Shown here in pieces: positions 1 to 8,652 of a stretch of 32,000 nucleotides of DNA (positions within the stretch are counted from its first letter, which is position 1; every line of letters starts with the position of its first letter). The DNA lies in the NCBI RefSeq assembly GCF_900232105.1, contig NZ_LT934425.1:1740001-1772000 (forward strand). The letters run 5' to 3'. This DNA comes from Candidatus Kuenenia stuttgartensis. GTDB lineage: Bacteria > Planctomycetota > Brocadiia > Brocadiales > Brocadiaceae. The notes under the pieces were generated by a model that worked only from the letters and a program-made list of their open reading frames with translations, searched no databases and was not told where the DNA came from. The position numbers and the translations under genes were made by a program.

Positions 1-98
1 TCCTTAACACTGGCTCTTTTGATGTACTTTAAGTTCTTTATGGACAGCAAAGTACCGGTGTTTTAAAAAATTATAACAAATTAATTTTATCGCTTAAT

Positions 99-130
99 TA
101 TACTGCCTGCAAAAAACGGCAGTATATTTT
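99..130 (+). terminator. Terminator-like hairpin plus T-run just upstream of the tyrS RBS
   Basis: tatactgcc (99-107) pairs perfectly with ggcagtata (118-126) around a 10-nt loop and is followed by tttt (127-130). AGGAG lies at 136-140 and the tyrS ATG at 152. It may terminate an off-window upstream gene. Confidence 0.45.
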
Positions 131-151
131 CCAATAGGAGACGCACCGCCT

Positions 152-1366
152 ATGCCGAAAGACGTAAATGAACAAATGGAAATCTTGCTGCGCGGAACAG
201 TAGATATTGTTTCTAAAGGTGAACTGATAAAAAAAATAGACCGCTCAATGCAGGAAAAAAGGCCGCTTCGCGTAAAACTGGGGCTTGACCCCACTGCGCC
301 GGATATCCATATAGGGAATGCCATCCCAATTCACAAATTACGGGCGTTCCAGTCGCTGGGGCACACGGCCATTCTCATCATCGGCGACTATACGGCCGTC
401 GTGGGCGACCCTTCGGGAGTAAACAAGACACGACCAATGATAACGCACGATAAGGTTCTGGAAAACGCGAAAACGTACCTTACCCAGGCTGGGAAAATAC
501 TCGATATGGATAAGACAGAGGTCGTTTATAACAGCAAATGGTTCAAATCAATGACCTTTAACGACGTCATCCAACTCGTCTCAAAAATGACCGTTGCGCG
601 AATGATGGAACGGGACGACTTTTCGAAGCGTTATAAGGCAGGTTCTCCCATCAGTCTGCATGAATTTATCTATCCGCTGATGCAGGGATACGACTCCATT
701 ATGGTAAAGAACGACGTTGAACTTGGGGGTACCGATCAATTATTCAGTCTGCTTGTGGGAAGGGATTTACAGAAGGACGCCGGCATGGAACCGCAGGTAG
801 TACTTACCACCTCGCTCCTGGAAGGAATCGATGGCAATAAGAAGATGAGTAAAAGCCTAAACAACTACATCGGCATCACCGAACCGCCGCGGGAAATGTT
901 CGGCAAGGTAATGTCCATCCCCGATAATTTAATGCGCAAATACTTTGAGCTTGCGACGGATGTAAGCATTGAAGATATACAGCAGTTGCTTGACGAAAAA
1001 ACCCATCCACGCACAGCAAAGGTTGCGCTTGCAAAGGCCATAGTAACTCGCTACCACAACCTCCAGGCAGCGGAAGCCGCCGCGGAAGAATTTGACCGTG
1101 TTTTTAAAGAAGGCGCACTTCCGGACGAAATACCCATTATCTCCATACCTGACGGCGAACTTGAAAACGGCAAAATATGGATCACGAAACTCATAGTAAG
1201 CTGTAAATTTGCCGCTACAAACGGCGAGGCGCGCCGGTTGATCCAACAAGGCGGTGTATCTGTAAACAGTGAAACCATTAATGACCCCACGCTAAATATA
1301 GAAATTACGCCGGGTATGACCCTTAAAGTGGGAAAACGCAGATTTGCAAAAATAGTGTTGCAATAG
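152..1366 (+). CDS. tyrS: Tyrosyl-tRNA synthetase (class I, with C-terminal S4-like domain)
   Basis: 404-aa ORF. It has the HIGH-type motif (PDIHIGNAIP), the KMSKS motif (KKMSKSLNNYIGI), IIGDYTAVVGDPSG, and a C-terminal S4-like segment (GEARRLIQQGGVSVN). An AGGAG RBS lies 11 nt upstream. Confidence 0.95.
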   Translation: MPKDVNEQMEILLRGTVDIVSKGELIKKIDRSMQEKRPLRVKLGLDPTAPDIHIGNAIPIHKLRAFQSLGHTAILIIGDYTAVVGDPSGVNKTRPMITHDKVLENAKTYLTQAGKILDMDKTEVVYNSKWFKSMTFNDVIQLVSKMTVARMMERDDFSKRYKAGSPISLHEFIYPLMQGYDSIMVKNDVELGGTDQLFSLLVGRDLQKDAGMEPQVVLTTSLLEGIDGNKKMSKSLNNYIGITEPPREMFGKVMSIPDNLMRKYFELATDVSIEDIQQLLDEKTHPRTAKVALAKAIVTRYHNLQAAEAAAEEFDRVFKEGALPDEIPIISIPDGELENGKIWITKLIVSCKFAATNGEARRLIQQGGVSVNSETINDPTLNIEITPGMTLKVGKRRFAKIVLQ

Positions 1367-1569
1367 TAATTGCGCAGGGTGCATTCCCCCCGTTTTTCGG
1401 TAAAAACATTAAACGCAGAGGATTGAATGAGAGACAGAGGTTATAGGTTATATTATTTTCTATCAATCTTACTAAAGAAGGGTTCGCTTAAACAAAAACA
1501 ATACAAGTATTATACAAAAATAGTAGCCGACCCTATTTTACTCCATAATGGGTGATTCCACTCATCTTC

Positions 1570-1926
1570 CTAATGTAATGTTCTTTGGCGGATACACCTT
1601 CTTTCTACAACTGTAAACTTATGCAATATTTGTAAACGGCCACTCCTAAGGATATCTAATAAAATTTGAGCAGGCTCTTCAGGTGTAAAAGGATCTAAAC
1701 GGAAATATACAACGCCAACAGGAGTTACTGATCTATACTTATAGATCAATTCTCCATAATCTTTGTCAAACGTCAAAATTATCCGATTTTCCTCATAAGC
1801 ACGCTTTAAAACATTGAAATCTTTGAGTCCAGGCGTATCTTCAATTACAGATGCTACATTATGACCGTTACCACGTAAGATTCGAATACTGACGCCCGGA
1901 AAATTTTCATTTGCCAAAAAATCCAT
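1570..1926 (-). CDS. DUF5615-type (PIN-like) putative toxin
   Basis: Start taken at the internal ATG (MDFLANENFPG...), whose A is shared with the upstream stop codon (TGATG overlap at 1924-1928). The N-terminus and size match my recollection of DUF5615 partners of DUF433 proteins. Confidence 0.7.
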   Translation of the reverse strand: MDFLANENFPGVSIRILRGNGHNVASVIEDTPGLKDFNVLKRAYEENRIILTFDKDYGELIYKYRSVTPVGVVYFRLDPFTPEEPAQILLDILRSGRLQILHKFTVVERRCIRQRTLH

Positions 1927-2174
1927 CAATTTGTCCCTGAAGGAATTGTATATAATGCTTCTTCGCGCATGCACTCGGCTGAAAAGGCAAATACAGCACG
2001 CAAACTTTCCTTTGTTAATGTTGGATAGTTTTCAATTATTTGCCGCTCTGTCCAGCCGTTTGCAAAAAGACCCAGAATGAATTCCACGGATAATCTCGTT
2101 CCTTTTACCACTGGCTTACCAAGCAAAATTTCCGGATCTGAATGTATAAAATTTCTCCAATTAATCTCAGGCAT
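1926..2174 (-). CDS. DUF433-type putative antitoxin
   Basis: Start taken at MPEINWRNF..., preceded by AAAGGGGGG about 6 nt upstream. The core ILLGKPVVKGTRLSVEFILGLFANGWTERQIIENYPTLTKESLRAV matches the DUF433 pattern as I recall it. The longer ORF-track start at 2282 lacks an RBS. Confidence 0.75.
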   Translation of the reverse strand: MPEINWRNFIHSDPEILLGKPVVKGTRLSVEFILGLFANGWTERQIIENYPTLTKESLRAVFAFSAECMREEALYTIPSGTN

Positions 2175-2478
2175 TTTAACCCCCCTTTTTAATCCAAAAA
2201 TAGTTGACCCTGCTTTTCCCCAGTTGGTCAACCCTACCCCGTTAGATAATAAACATCTAATGAAATTGACGTATTTTTTCAAATTGCGGACTTTGGCTTA
2301 TTTATCAAGGTTTTACAAGTAATCCAAGTCTTTAGTGATAGCAAAACAAAAAACACGTCGCTAATCGTGTCTATTAGAATGTAATTTGTCAATTTGAAAG
2401 ATTCGACCCCTTCGGCTTCTTACTTAATATTTAAGATGTGACCCTTTTACTCCTCGGTAAAACAGATAAAAACAAGAC

Positions 2479-3009
2479 TTACTTCAACTCCTTTATCAAA
2501 TAATATGTTACCCACCCACGTTTGCCATTTAAAGTTTCTACCAGTACACCATTGCCTTCACGCCTTATAAGCTTTACTCTATCGCCATGTTTAGCGGTTA
2601 CAGAGATTCCCTTTGAACGGTTTTTATAATCATTCCAAAGATTTATATTATGTATAGTAATTGGTGGATTAGTGCCTGCATCATAACCATCCAGGGTAAC
2701 ATATTGTTCTTTTTGATTAGCAGACAGTTTTATAATTCCTTCTAACTTTTTATTCCTTTTGTCTCCCTGATTAAATATTGATCCGTATTTTTTTTCTATT
2801 GAAACATACGAGAATATAACCCACCCTATTACGAGAATTGATATTATTGCCAATAAAACAACAATCCAAATAGTTTGAGTTGATTTTTTTCCTTTATTCT
2901 CTGGATTCAAGAAATATTTTCTATTTTCTGATGGTGGAAAGCGATATCCGCATTCACAAGATTCTGCATCATCAGGACTCATTAATTTGCATGATGGGCA
3001 CTGTAACAT
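2479..3009 (-). CDS. Membrane protein: N-terminal zinc ribbon, one TM helix, C-terminal SH3-like domain
   Basis: 176 aa. It has CPSC...CECG (a CxxC/CxC pair), a hydrophobic helix (IWIVVLLAIISILVIGWVIFSYV), and a C-terminus (GDRVKLIRREGNGVLVETLNGKRGWVTYY) resembling bacterial SH3. It begins 57 nt downstream of the Mrr-like gene on the same strand. Confidence 0.6.
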   Translation of the reverse strand: MLQCPSCKLMSPDDAESCECGYRFPPSENRKYFLNPENKGKKSTQTIWIVVLLAIISILVIGWVIFSYVSIEKKYGSIFNQGDKRNKKLEGIIKLSANQKEQYVTLDGYDAGTNPPITIHNINLWNDYKNRSKGISVTAKHGDRVKLIRREGNGVLVETLNGKRGWVTYYLIKELK

Positions 3010-3065
3010 TTTTTCTCTATTTTTTATTCAATCTTGCTGTATTATTTAGGATTAGAATTGTTTTT

Positions 3066-4553
3066 CTACTTCTCTTGTTCTGCCAATATTTGCTTTGCTT
3101 CTTTTAAATCTATCTTTGCTTTATGACCGTGTTTCTCAAGTAAATGTAAAAGATTGCTGCCGTTTAGCAATGTAAGTGGTTTTCCTTTGGCAAATTCATA
3201 TGCATCAGGACCATAGTCGGCAGTAGACACTAATATCCCTTTTGTTGCACCCTCATTCATGACAGTTCCAAAAAGATCACGAACGGCAGAAACACCGACA
3301 GTATTTGTATAACGTTTGGCTTGAATTACTATTTTGCCTCCTCTGATTGGATCGGGATCAAAAGCTACTGCATCAACCCCTGCATCTCTGCTGGATCGGG
3401 TAACTTTAACCTCTCCTCCAGATTGAGAAAATTCCTTTTCAAAAAGCTCTCTGATCAAATGTTCAAAATCTTCCCAATCCATTGCGGCGAGATTGTAAGT
3501 GTCGCCTAATTCGTCAACAACTTGGTAGGAAGATACAAATCTTTTGTCTTCACGACTAATCTGTAATATTGGTGCAATTGGTGTTAGACTGTGAAGTTTT
3601 GAACTGCCAATGCCTTTTAGTTTCTTAAAACAAGCCTTTGGGTCTACATGTTCTAAATTAATTGACAAAAATTCCTGTTTATTTGCTTGAACAGATACTA
3701 TGCAGGCAGTTATTGTTTGTCCTGTGGCTTTATCTATTGACTCCACAATGCCATTAAAAATGATTGAGTCAATGGCATTTACAACATCAGATTCGTATAG
3801 TTCATGAATTGTTCTTAGTGTGATTTGATAAATAAGATCATCATAAAGGTTATTAACTGTTGAATCTGCAAGAAAACTTTCTGAAAACTCATCCCTCGTT
3901 TTGATATATTTTACTTCCTTTAATCTTGGGAGTGCATCAATGGGAGGTAATGAGTAATCTACAATCATTATTTTTGTTTCGGGGTTATAATCCAGGTCAA
4001 ATTCCTGGGGGAAATAATATGGATAATCTGAGGTTGATAAAACATACTTACAATATTTAATTAAAGCATGAGGTTGTTTCTCAAAATATTGTTCTTTTAT
4101 TCTATATATTTCAATATTTCTTTTTTGTTTTTCAAGAAATTCTCGTTCCTCTTTTTCCCATAGTTTTAGTTTGTCTTGATATAGTTTCTGAAGTTCTTCA
4201 TTTTTTTTGGTAATTTCTTCTTTAGCTTCTAGCCACTCATTATAATTAATTTTAAATAAACGTTCCGCACGGTCTATTTTTTCTTGTTTACGCGAAGGGA
4301 ATATTTTGTCCAAAAATTCAAATTTTGGCTGGTAATATTGATTAGTTCTCTTCGGCAGCTTAGAAATTTCTAATAGTTCTGGTAGTTGAGGTTTTTGCTT
4401 AAGGAATTTAGATTCATTCTTCAACGCTTCCCACTCAATTGTATAGTTTTTATTCAGCGCATGCTTTAGAATGACCTCTATTTCTTTTATAGCTTCTGTT
4501 GCTTCTTTGGTTTGTTCAATTGCCAATTTAGTTTTTAACTGTCTATTTTCCAT
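3066..4553 (-). CDS. Coiled-coil protein with C-terminal Mrr-type restriction endonuclease domain
   Basis: The C-terminus (WEDFEHLIRELF...GVDAVAFDPDPIRGGKIVIQAKRYTNTVGVSAVRDLFG...ILVSTADYGPDAYEFA) shows the D...(Q)xK Mrr_cat pattern. The N-terminal ~170 aa are K/E-rich coiled-coil. The start is uncertain: ATG 4553, TTG 4586, or fusion to the upstream 76-aa ORF (see findings). Confidence 0.8.
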   Translation of the reverse strand: MENRQLKTKLAIEQTKEATEAIKEIEVILKHALNKNYTIEWEALKNESKFLKQKPQLPELLEISKLPKRTNQYYQPKFEFLDKIFPSRKQEKIDRAERLFKINYNEWLEAKEEITKKNEELQKLYQDKLKLWEKEEREFLEKQKRNIEIYRIKEQYFEKQPHALIKYCKYVLSTSDYPYYFPQEFDLDYNPETKIMIVDYSLPPIDALPRLKEVKYIKTRDEFSESFLADSTVNNLYDDLIYQITLRTIHELYESDVVNAIDSIIFNGIVESIDKATGQTITACIVSVQANKQEFLSINLEHVDPKACFKKLKGIGSSKLHSLTPIAPILQISREDKRFVSSYQVVDELGDTYNLAAMDWEDFEHLIRELFEKEFSQSGGEVKVTRSSRDAGVDAVAFDPDPIRGGKIVIQAKRYTNTVGVSAVRDLFGTVMNEGATKGILVSTADYGPDAYEFAKGKPLTLLNGSNLLHLLEKHGHKAKIDLKEAKQILAEQEK

Positions 4554-4773
4554 TTTCAACTTTCCACATTTCATTCCATGCGACAATCTTAGTCTCAGCC
4601 ATTTGTTCCACTACATCCCTGTCACGCCCACGAATAACGCGGTATTTATTTAAACCTTCATGTCTGATTTCTGCTTTCCACATAGTAGCTCCGCTACTCG
4701 AACCTCTCGTTTGGCTCCTTGATTCCATGCTTCTCAATACATTTCTGATCATCACATCATAATTTCTTGCCAT
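4543..4773 (-). CDS. 76-aa ORF, either a small separate protein or the true N-terminus of the Mrr-like protein
   Basis: It has an AAGGA RBS about 9 nt upstream of its ATG, whereas the 506-aa ORF has no clear RBS at 4586. It ends in an A-run region and overlaps the next frame. Confidence 0.5.
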   Translation of the reverse strand: MARNYDVMIRNVLRSMESRSQTRGSSSGATMWKAEIRHEGLNKYRVIRGRDRDVVEQMAETKIVAWNEMWKVENGK

Positions 4774-4882
4774 ACTTAATATTCCTTCATTTCAATAATG
4801 GAGTATAATAAACGGTTATTTTCCTATTTTCGGATTTTAAAGGTAATAGTCGCTAACCACGTTTTTCCATATCAAATCTTTT

Positions 4883-5287
4883 CTATTTTAATATCAGCCA
4901 CCTTAATTCAAAATACAGTTCTGGAAATTCATAATCCTCATCTGAATTATTCCAGCATTCCCGGATGCATATAACTGCTTTGTCTGATTCTGAGTATGCC
5001 AAAGAAACAGTAAAATAATGTGCTGGGTTATCATACGTAGATGTAATAGGCAATTGCCTTTCATAACTACCATAATCACCACCAATATCTGCAAATCCCA
5101 TAACACCTCTAATTTCAGATTCTATGTTACCAATTATAAATATTTGTGAGTCAAAACTACCTGCTCCAACCTCAATCGACTCAAACTCAACATCTACAAT
5201 ACCTTTATCATTAATTTTAACCCTATCTGCAAAAAGAGTTGTTGTGCTAACAAAAAGTACTGTTAAACAAATAAATATTTTATACAT
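4883..5287 (-). CDS. Small secreted protein of unknown function
   Basis: 134 aa with an AAGGAG RBS about 8 nt upstream and an N-terminal signal-like segment (MYKIFICLTVLFVSTTTLFAD). Confidence 0.6.
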   Translation of the reverse strand: MYKIFICLTVLFVSTTTLFADRVKINDKGIVDVEFESIEVGAGSFDSQIFIIGNIESEIRGVMGFADIGGDYGSYERQLPITSTYDNPAHYFTVSLAYSESDKAVICIRECWNNSDEDYEFPELYFELRWLILK

Positions 5288-5408
5288 TTTTCATTCTCCT
5301 TCTTTGGCAATTAAAGTGACATCATATTAAATTTTAATTAAATGAATTAAGCAAGGTACTATCATAGAAATTTAAAAAAATGTTGTTCAATCAATTTTAT
5401 GCTAACCT

Positions 5409-5840
5409 CTATTTATAACGTATTAATTTACATTTAATTTTTAAATTCCATGCGTAAGAATCTCTGTCTATAACATCATTATTAACAATGGTACGATAGA
5501 AAACAATTTTCCCCTTTTTCGTATTCGCAAATGCCACGTCCCAATATTCAATAATATTATCTGCTTTATCATCGGGTTCTAAATAAACAATTGCAGTGGT
5601 AGGAAGATTAAATATCCAGCTTCCAGATTCTACATTTGCCAATATTTGATGTGGAATTTTGTTTCCAAGTGTTTCAATATCATAACGTTCTGTTATGCCC
5701 TCACCAGCCTTAACGAGGACGCTTCCCAATTCTAAATCTTCTGTAATTCTATCAAACACCTCAATATCATCTGCAAAAACAATAGTTATAGGAATTGCAA
5801 CTATTACCATCAATATTAAAAATATCATTATTTTTTTCAT
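5409..5840 (-). CDS. Small secreted protein of unknown function
   Basis: 143 aa with a GGAGGG RBS about 6 nt upstream and a signal-like N-terminus (MKKIMIFLILMVIVAIPITIVFAD). Confidence 0.6.
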   Translation of the reverse strand: MKKIMIFLILMVIVAIPITIVFADDIEVFDRITEDLELGSVLVKAGEGITERYDIETLGNKIPHQILANVESGSWIFNLPTTAIVYLEPDDKADNIIEYWDVAFANTKKGKIVFYRTIVNNDVIDRDSYAWNLKIKCKLIRYK

Positions 5841-6277
5841 ATCAATCCCTCCACAATTTTTAGAATAATGTTAAATGGCCTTTATAATAATCACTTTTCT
5901 TTCAACACAATCTCAATCTCCTTTTCCTCTCCTTCTTCAAGATTCACGCTATATTTTGATTAAAAAAATGCAAAAATAACAACTGTACCAATTTTGTACT
6001 AAAATCAACCCAAAAGGATAGAATTAATCGTAATGAATAAAATTGATATAACGCTTACAAACCCTTTATATTAAAGGCAAAACAGGAAATCGGTACAATA
6101 TCAAGGACTTTAGAATTTTTACTATTTCATATTGCGAATCTGAACCTGCTCAGGGACATGAAGGGGTTGCAAAAAAAGAATGGAAATGTTCCAAATTAAG
6201 TATGGTGTCCCCTAAATCACCGGATTATTTATTTTCATCCCCGTTGCGACCAAATGCCCGTTGATGTTTCCTTTGTG

Positions 6278-8422
6278 TTAAAACTGATAACTTAATCCTA
6301 CAAAATACGTCCTCCCCGGCCTTGGCAAATCCTCTGCTATGGAAACAGGCCCGGGGTCTTTATAGTCTTTATCAAACACATTAAATATCGTGCCCTGCAC
6401 GTTCATTGTGCCAAAAAAATTTCTCCCGGTAACAGAAAGATTTACCAATGCATATGAGGGCATATCGTCCCTGCCGTCATCCTCCTCCCGGTATCGTTTC
6501 CCGCTAAAAAAGGCGCTTGCATTTGTGTTTATGTATCTGCATGGCTGCACATTGATCCCAATGTTGCCTTTATGCTTCGCCACAAAGGGCAGCTCATTTC
6601 CGTGATCATCCTCCGGATCCTGAAACGTATAATTAAAAAACACATAATTGCCAGGTGATACATTTATCTTCGTCTCTACCTCAAATCCCTGAACACGCGC
6701 ATCACCGAAATTATCATACTGCCAGGTCTCACTGGCAGAATCCAGGGCGCGGAGCATTATAAGATTTTTGATATTATTGTTAAAGTAATTAATACTGCTC
6801 GTGACATGTTTGTTGAAGGTATACATCAATCCCATTTCCATTGTGCGGATAATCTCCGGGTCCAAATCCTCATTCCCCAATCTTGCAGGCTGATTCACGG
6901 TAAACATCTCAAGAAAGCTTGGTGCGCGAAATGCTTCGCCATATAAAAACTTCAACGTAGCGTTCTCCATAAACTTCCAGGTCAAACCGGAGCGGGGACT
7001 CGTCGCATTGCCAAAATCATTATATTCATCATGTCTGGCGCCTAAAGTAAGGCTTATATCCTCGGTAATATCCCAGGTATCCTGTATATAAACAGACCAG
7101 ATATTCCTCGTCGTTTCTTTCAGAAAAGGATAGGTATCCGTAAAATCTTTCATCGATTCCAGCGGGTCCATGGTTAACGGGTCGAAATTTGCCGAATACC
7201 TGACGTCTGTTTGCTGAATACGCCGATATTCAAAACCCACTGTAATGATATTGCCGTCAAATAGTTCATAGTCGAAAGGCATCTCTGCGCCAATAATTCT
7301 CTGTATCACTTTCCCGTCGCCAACAAAGCCGTCGGGATATGTTTTAAAAGTATCATAGACGCCGTCGTTGTTTGTGTCAAAGGACAGGGTTGCGCCTTCC
7401 GGAAAAGATTCAACGTAGGAATCGTCGTCGAATTGATCGTAATAAACCCTCGGTTTTACGGTAAAGATATCTTCAAATGTTTTTTTGTATCCAACCTCGG
7501 CAAATACATAATTGCTCTCAATATCTGATTCATCGGCCAGTGCGTGCTGAGGGCCGATAAAAGGCCCCCGGTTTTTATTGTTATACCATCCCAGCAGATA
7601 AACATCCTTATACGCCATTTTTAAATGCAGACTATACTCCCTTCTCCAGTCCTCTACCTCTCCAGGGGCTTGCGATACGGCGGGAAATCCATAAGGGGAC
7701 AACGATTTATCCAGCACAGACTGGCTGTCGCTTTCTACAATGCCGTCATAACCATTCGTATCTCTGTAATGCATCATGCCGGAAACTTCAATGTTTCCAT
7801 ATCGCTTGCCAAACACAATGTTTTCCTCCAACGTGTCATAGCTTCCAAAACCGCTGTCCACCAGTATGCCGTCTATATCTGCCCCGTTTTTTGTAATAAT
7901 ATTAATCACCGACAAAAAGGCATTTTCTCCGTACAATGCGGAACCCGGTCCGCGTATAATCTCTATTTTCTTAATATTTTTTAACGGGAAATCGTCAAAA
8001 TTGCCAAAAGCGCTGCCGTCTAAGGGATTATTCACAAAGTGGCCATCAATCATTACCCGCACCCTGTTTGCGCCGTCAAGACCCCTCACCGCAGGAAATA
8101 TTCCGCCAAAATTCCCCGATTTTAGTATTTCATAGCCCGGCACAGTCCGCAATAATTCAGAGAAGGTACGATATCCGGAATGGGAAATCTCCTCACCATT
8201 TAATACCGTTACTATGCCCGGCGCCTTGCTTATGCGCACCCCATGCCTGGTCGATATAGCAACTTCGGTTTCCGCCAGCAACCATCTGATCTCCTCATGA
8301 ATTGCATTGGTAATTTCAACAGGTTCCGTATTTTCTTGGTAGGGGAAATCTTCCGCCAGGACAGGCATCATGGTGAAACTTGTGTAAATTGCGAAAAATG
8401 CTGTAATAATCAATCTTTTCAT
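6278..8422 (-). CDS. TonB-dependent outer-membrane receptor
   Basis: Plug-domain motifs are present (GIVTVLNGEEI, IEIIRGPGSALYGENAF), followed by a long beta-barrel region and a terminal aromatic residue (VGLSYQF). Start chosen at MKRLIITAFFAIYTSFTMMPVLA (signal peptide) rather than 8461. Confidence 0.9.
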   Translation of the reverse strand: MKRLIITAFFAIYTSFTMMPVLAEDFPYQENTEPVEITNAIHEEIRWLLAETEVAISTRHGVRISKAPGIVTVLNGEEISHSGYRTFSELLRTVPGYEILKSGNFGGIFPAVRGLDGANRVRVMIDGHFVNNPLDGSAFGNFDDFPLKNIKKIEIIRGPGSALYGENAFLSVINIITKNGADIDGILVDSGFGSYDTLEENIVFGKRYGNIEVSGMMHYRDTNGYDGIVESDSQSVLDKSLSPYGFPAVSQAPGEVEDWRREYSLHLKMAYKDVYLLGWYNNKNRGPFIGPQHALADESDIESNYVFAEVGYKKTFEDIFTVKPRVYYDQFDDDSYVESFPEGATLSFDTNNDGVYDTFKTYPDGFVGDGKVIQRIIGAEMPFDYELFDGNIITVGFEYRRIQQTDVRYSANFDPLTMDPLESMKDFTDTYPFLKETTRNIWSVYIQDTWDITEDISLTLGARHDEYNDFGNATSPRSGLTWKFMENATLKFLYGEAFRAPSFLEMFTVNQPARLGNEDLDPEIIRTMEMGLMYTFNKHVTSSINYFNNNIKNLIMLRALDSASETWQYDNFGDARVQGFEVETKINVSPGNYVFFNYTFQDPEDDHGNELPFVAKHKGNIGINVQPCRYINTNASAFFSGKRYREEDDGRDDMPSYALVNLSVTGRNFFGTMNVQGTIFNVFDKDYKDPGPVSIAEDLPRPGRTYFVGLSYQF

Positions 8423-8624
8423 TTTAACGCCTGAATTTGCCAGAGAATGGCTATTAAGCATTTGCTATTAAGGATAAAAAAAATTGCGCAGAAAAAATGC
8501 AAGGCACATTGTCTCATCTTTATGAGCCGGGCAGGTTTTTATTCTCAACGTGAAAATTTCCGGGATTATACAAATAAGATTTTCTCAAAGCAACTCCATA
8601 AACCTTATTCGTTCATAAAAATGC

Positions 8625-8652
8625 TTGACACGCACAGATATTCATATATATT
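8625..8652 (+). promoter_or_regulatory. Sigma70-like promoter candidate for the binding-protein pair
   Basis: TTGACA (8625-8630), a 16-nt spacer, then TATATT (8647-8652), about 60 nt upstream of ATG 8714. Confidence 0.4.

Noticed and set aside
1-151. T-box riboswitch controlling tyrS
   Set aside because: The available leader is too short. I see no T-box consensus or specifier-loop architecture, only a simple hairpin with a T-run.
1367-6277. Calling the islet horizontally acquired on the basis of low G+C
   Set aside because: Spot counts inside the islet (33-35%) are no lower than in rpsA (35%). The claim would need a proper sliding-window computation.
8423-8461. N-terminal extension of the TonB receptor, and likewise GTG 19636 for the porin and TTG 25697 for serA
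   Set aside because: The internal ATGs give normal signal peptides or N-termini and better RBS spacing.
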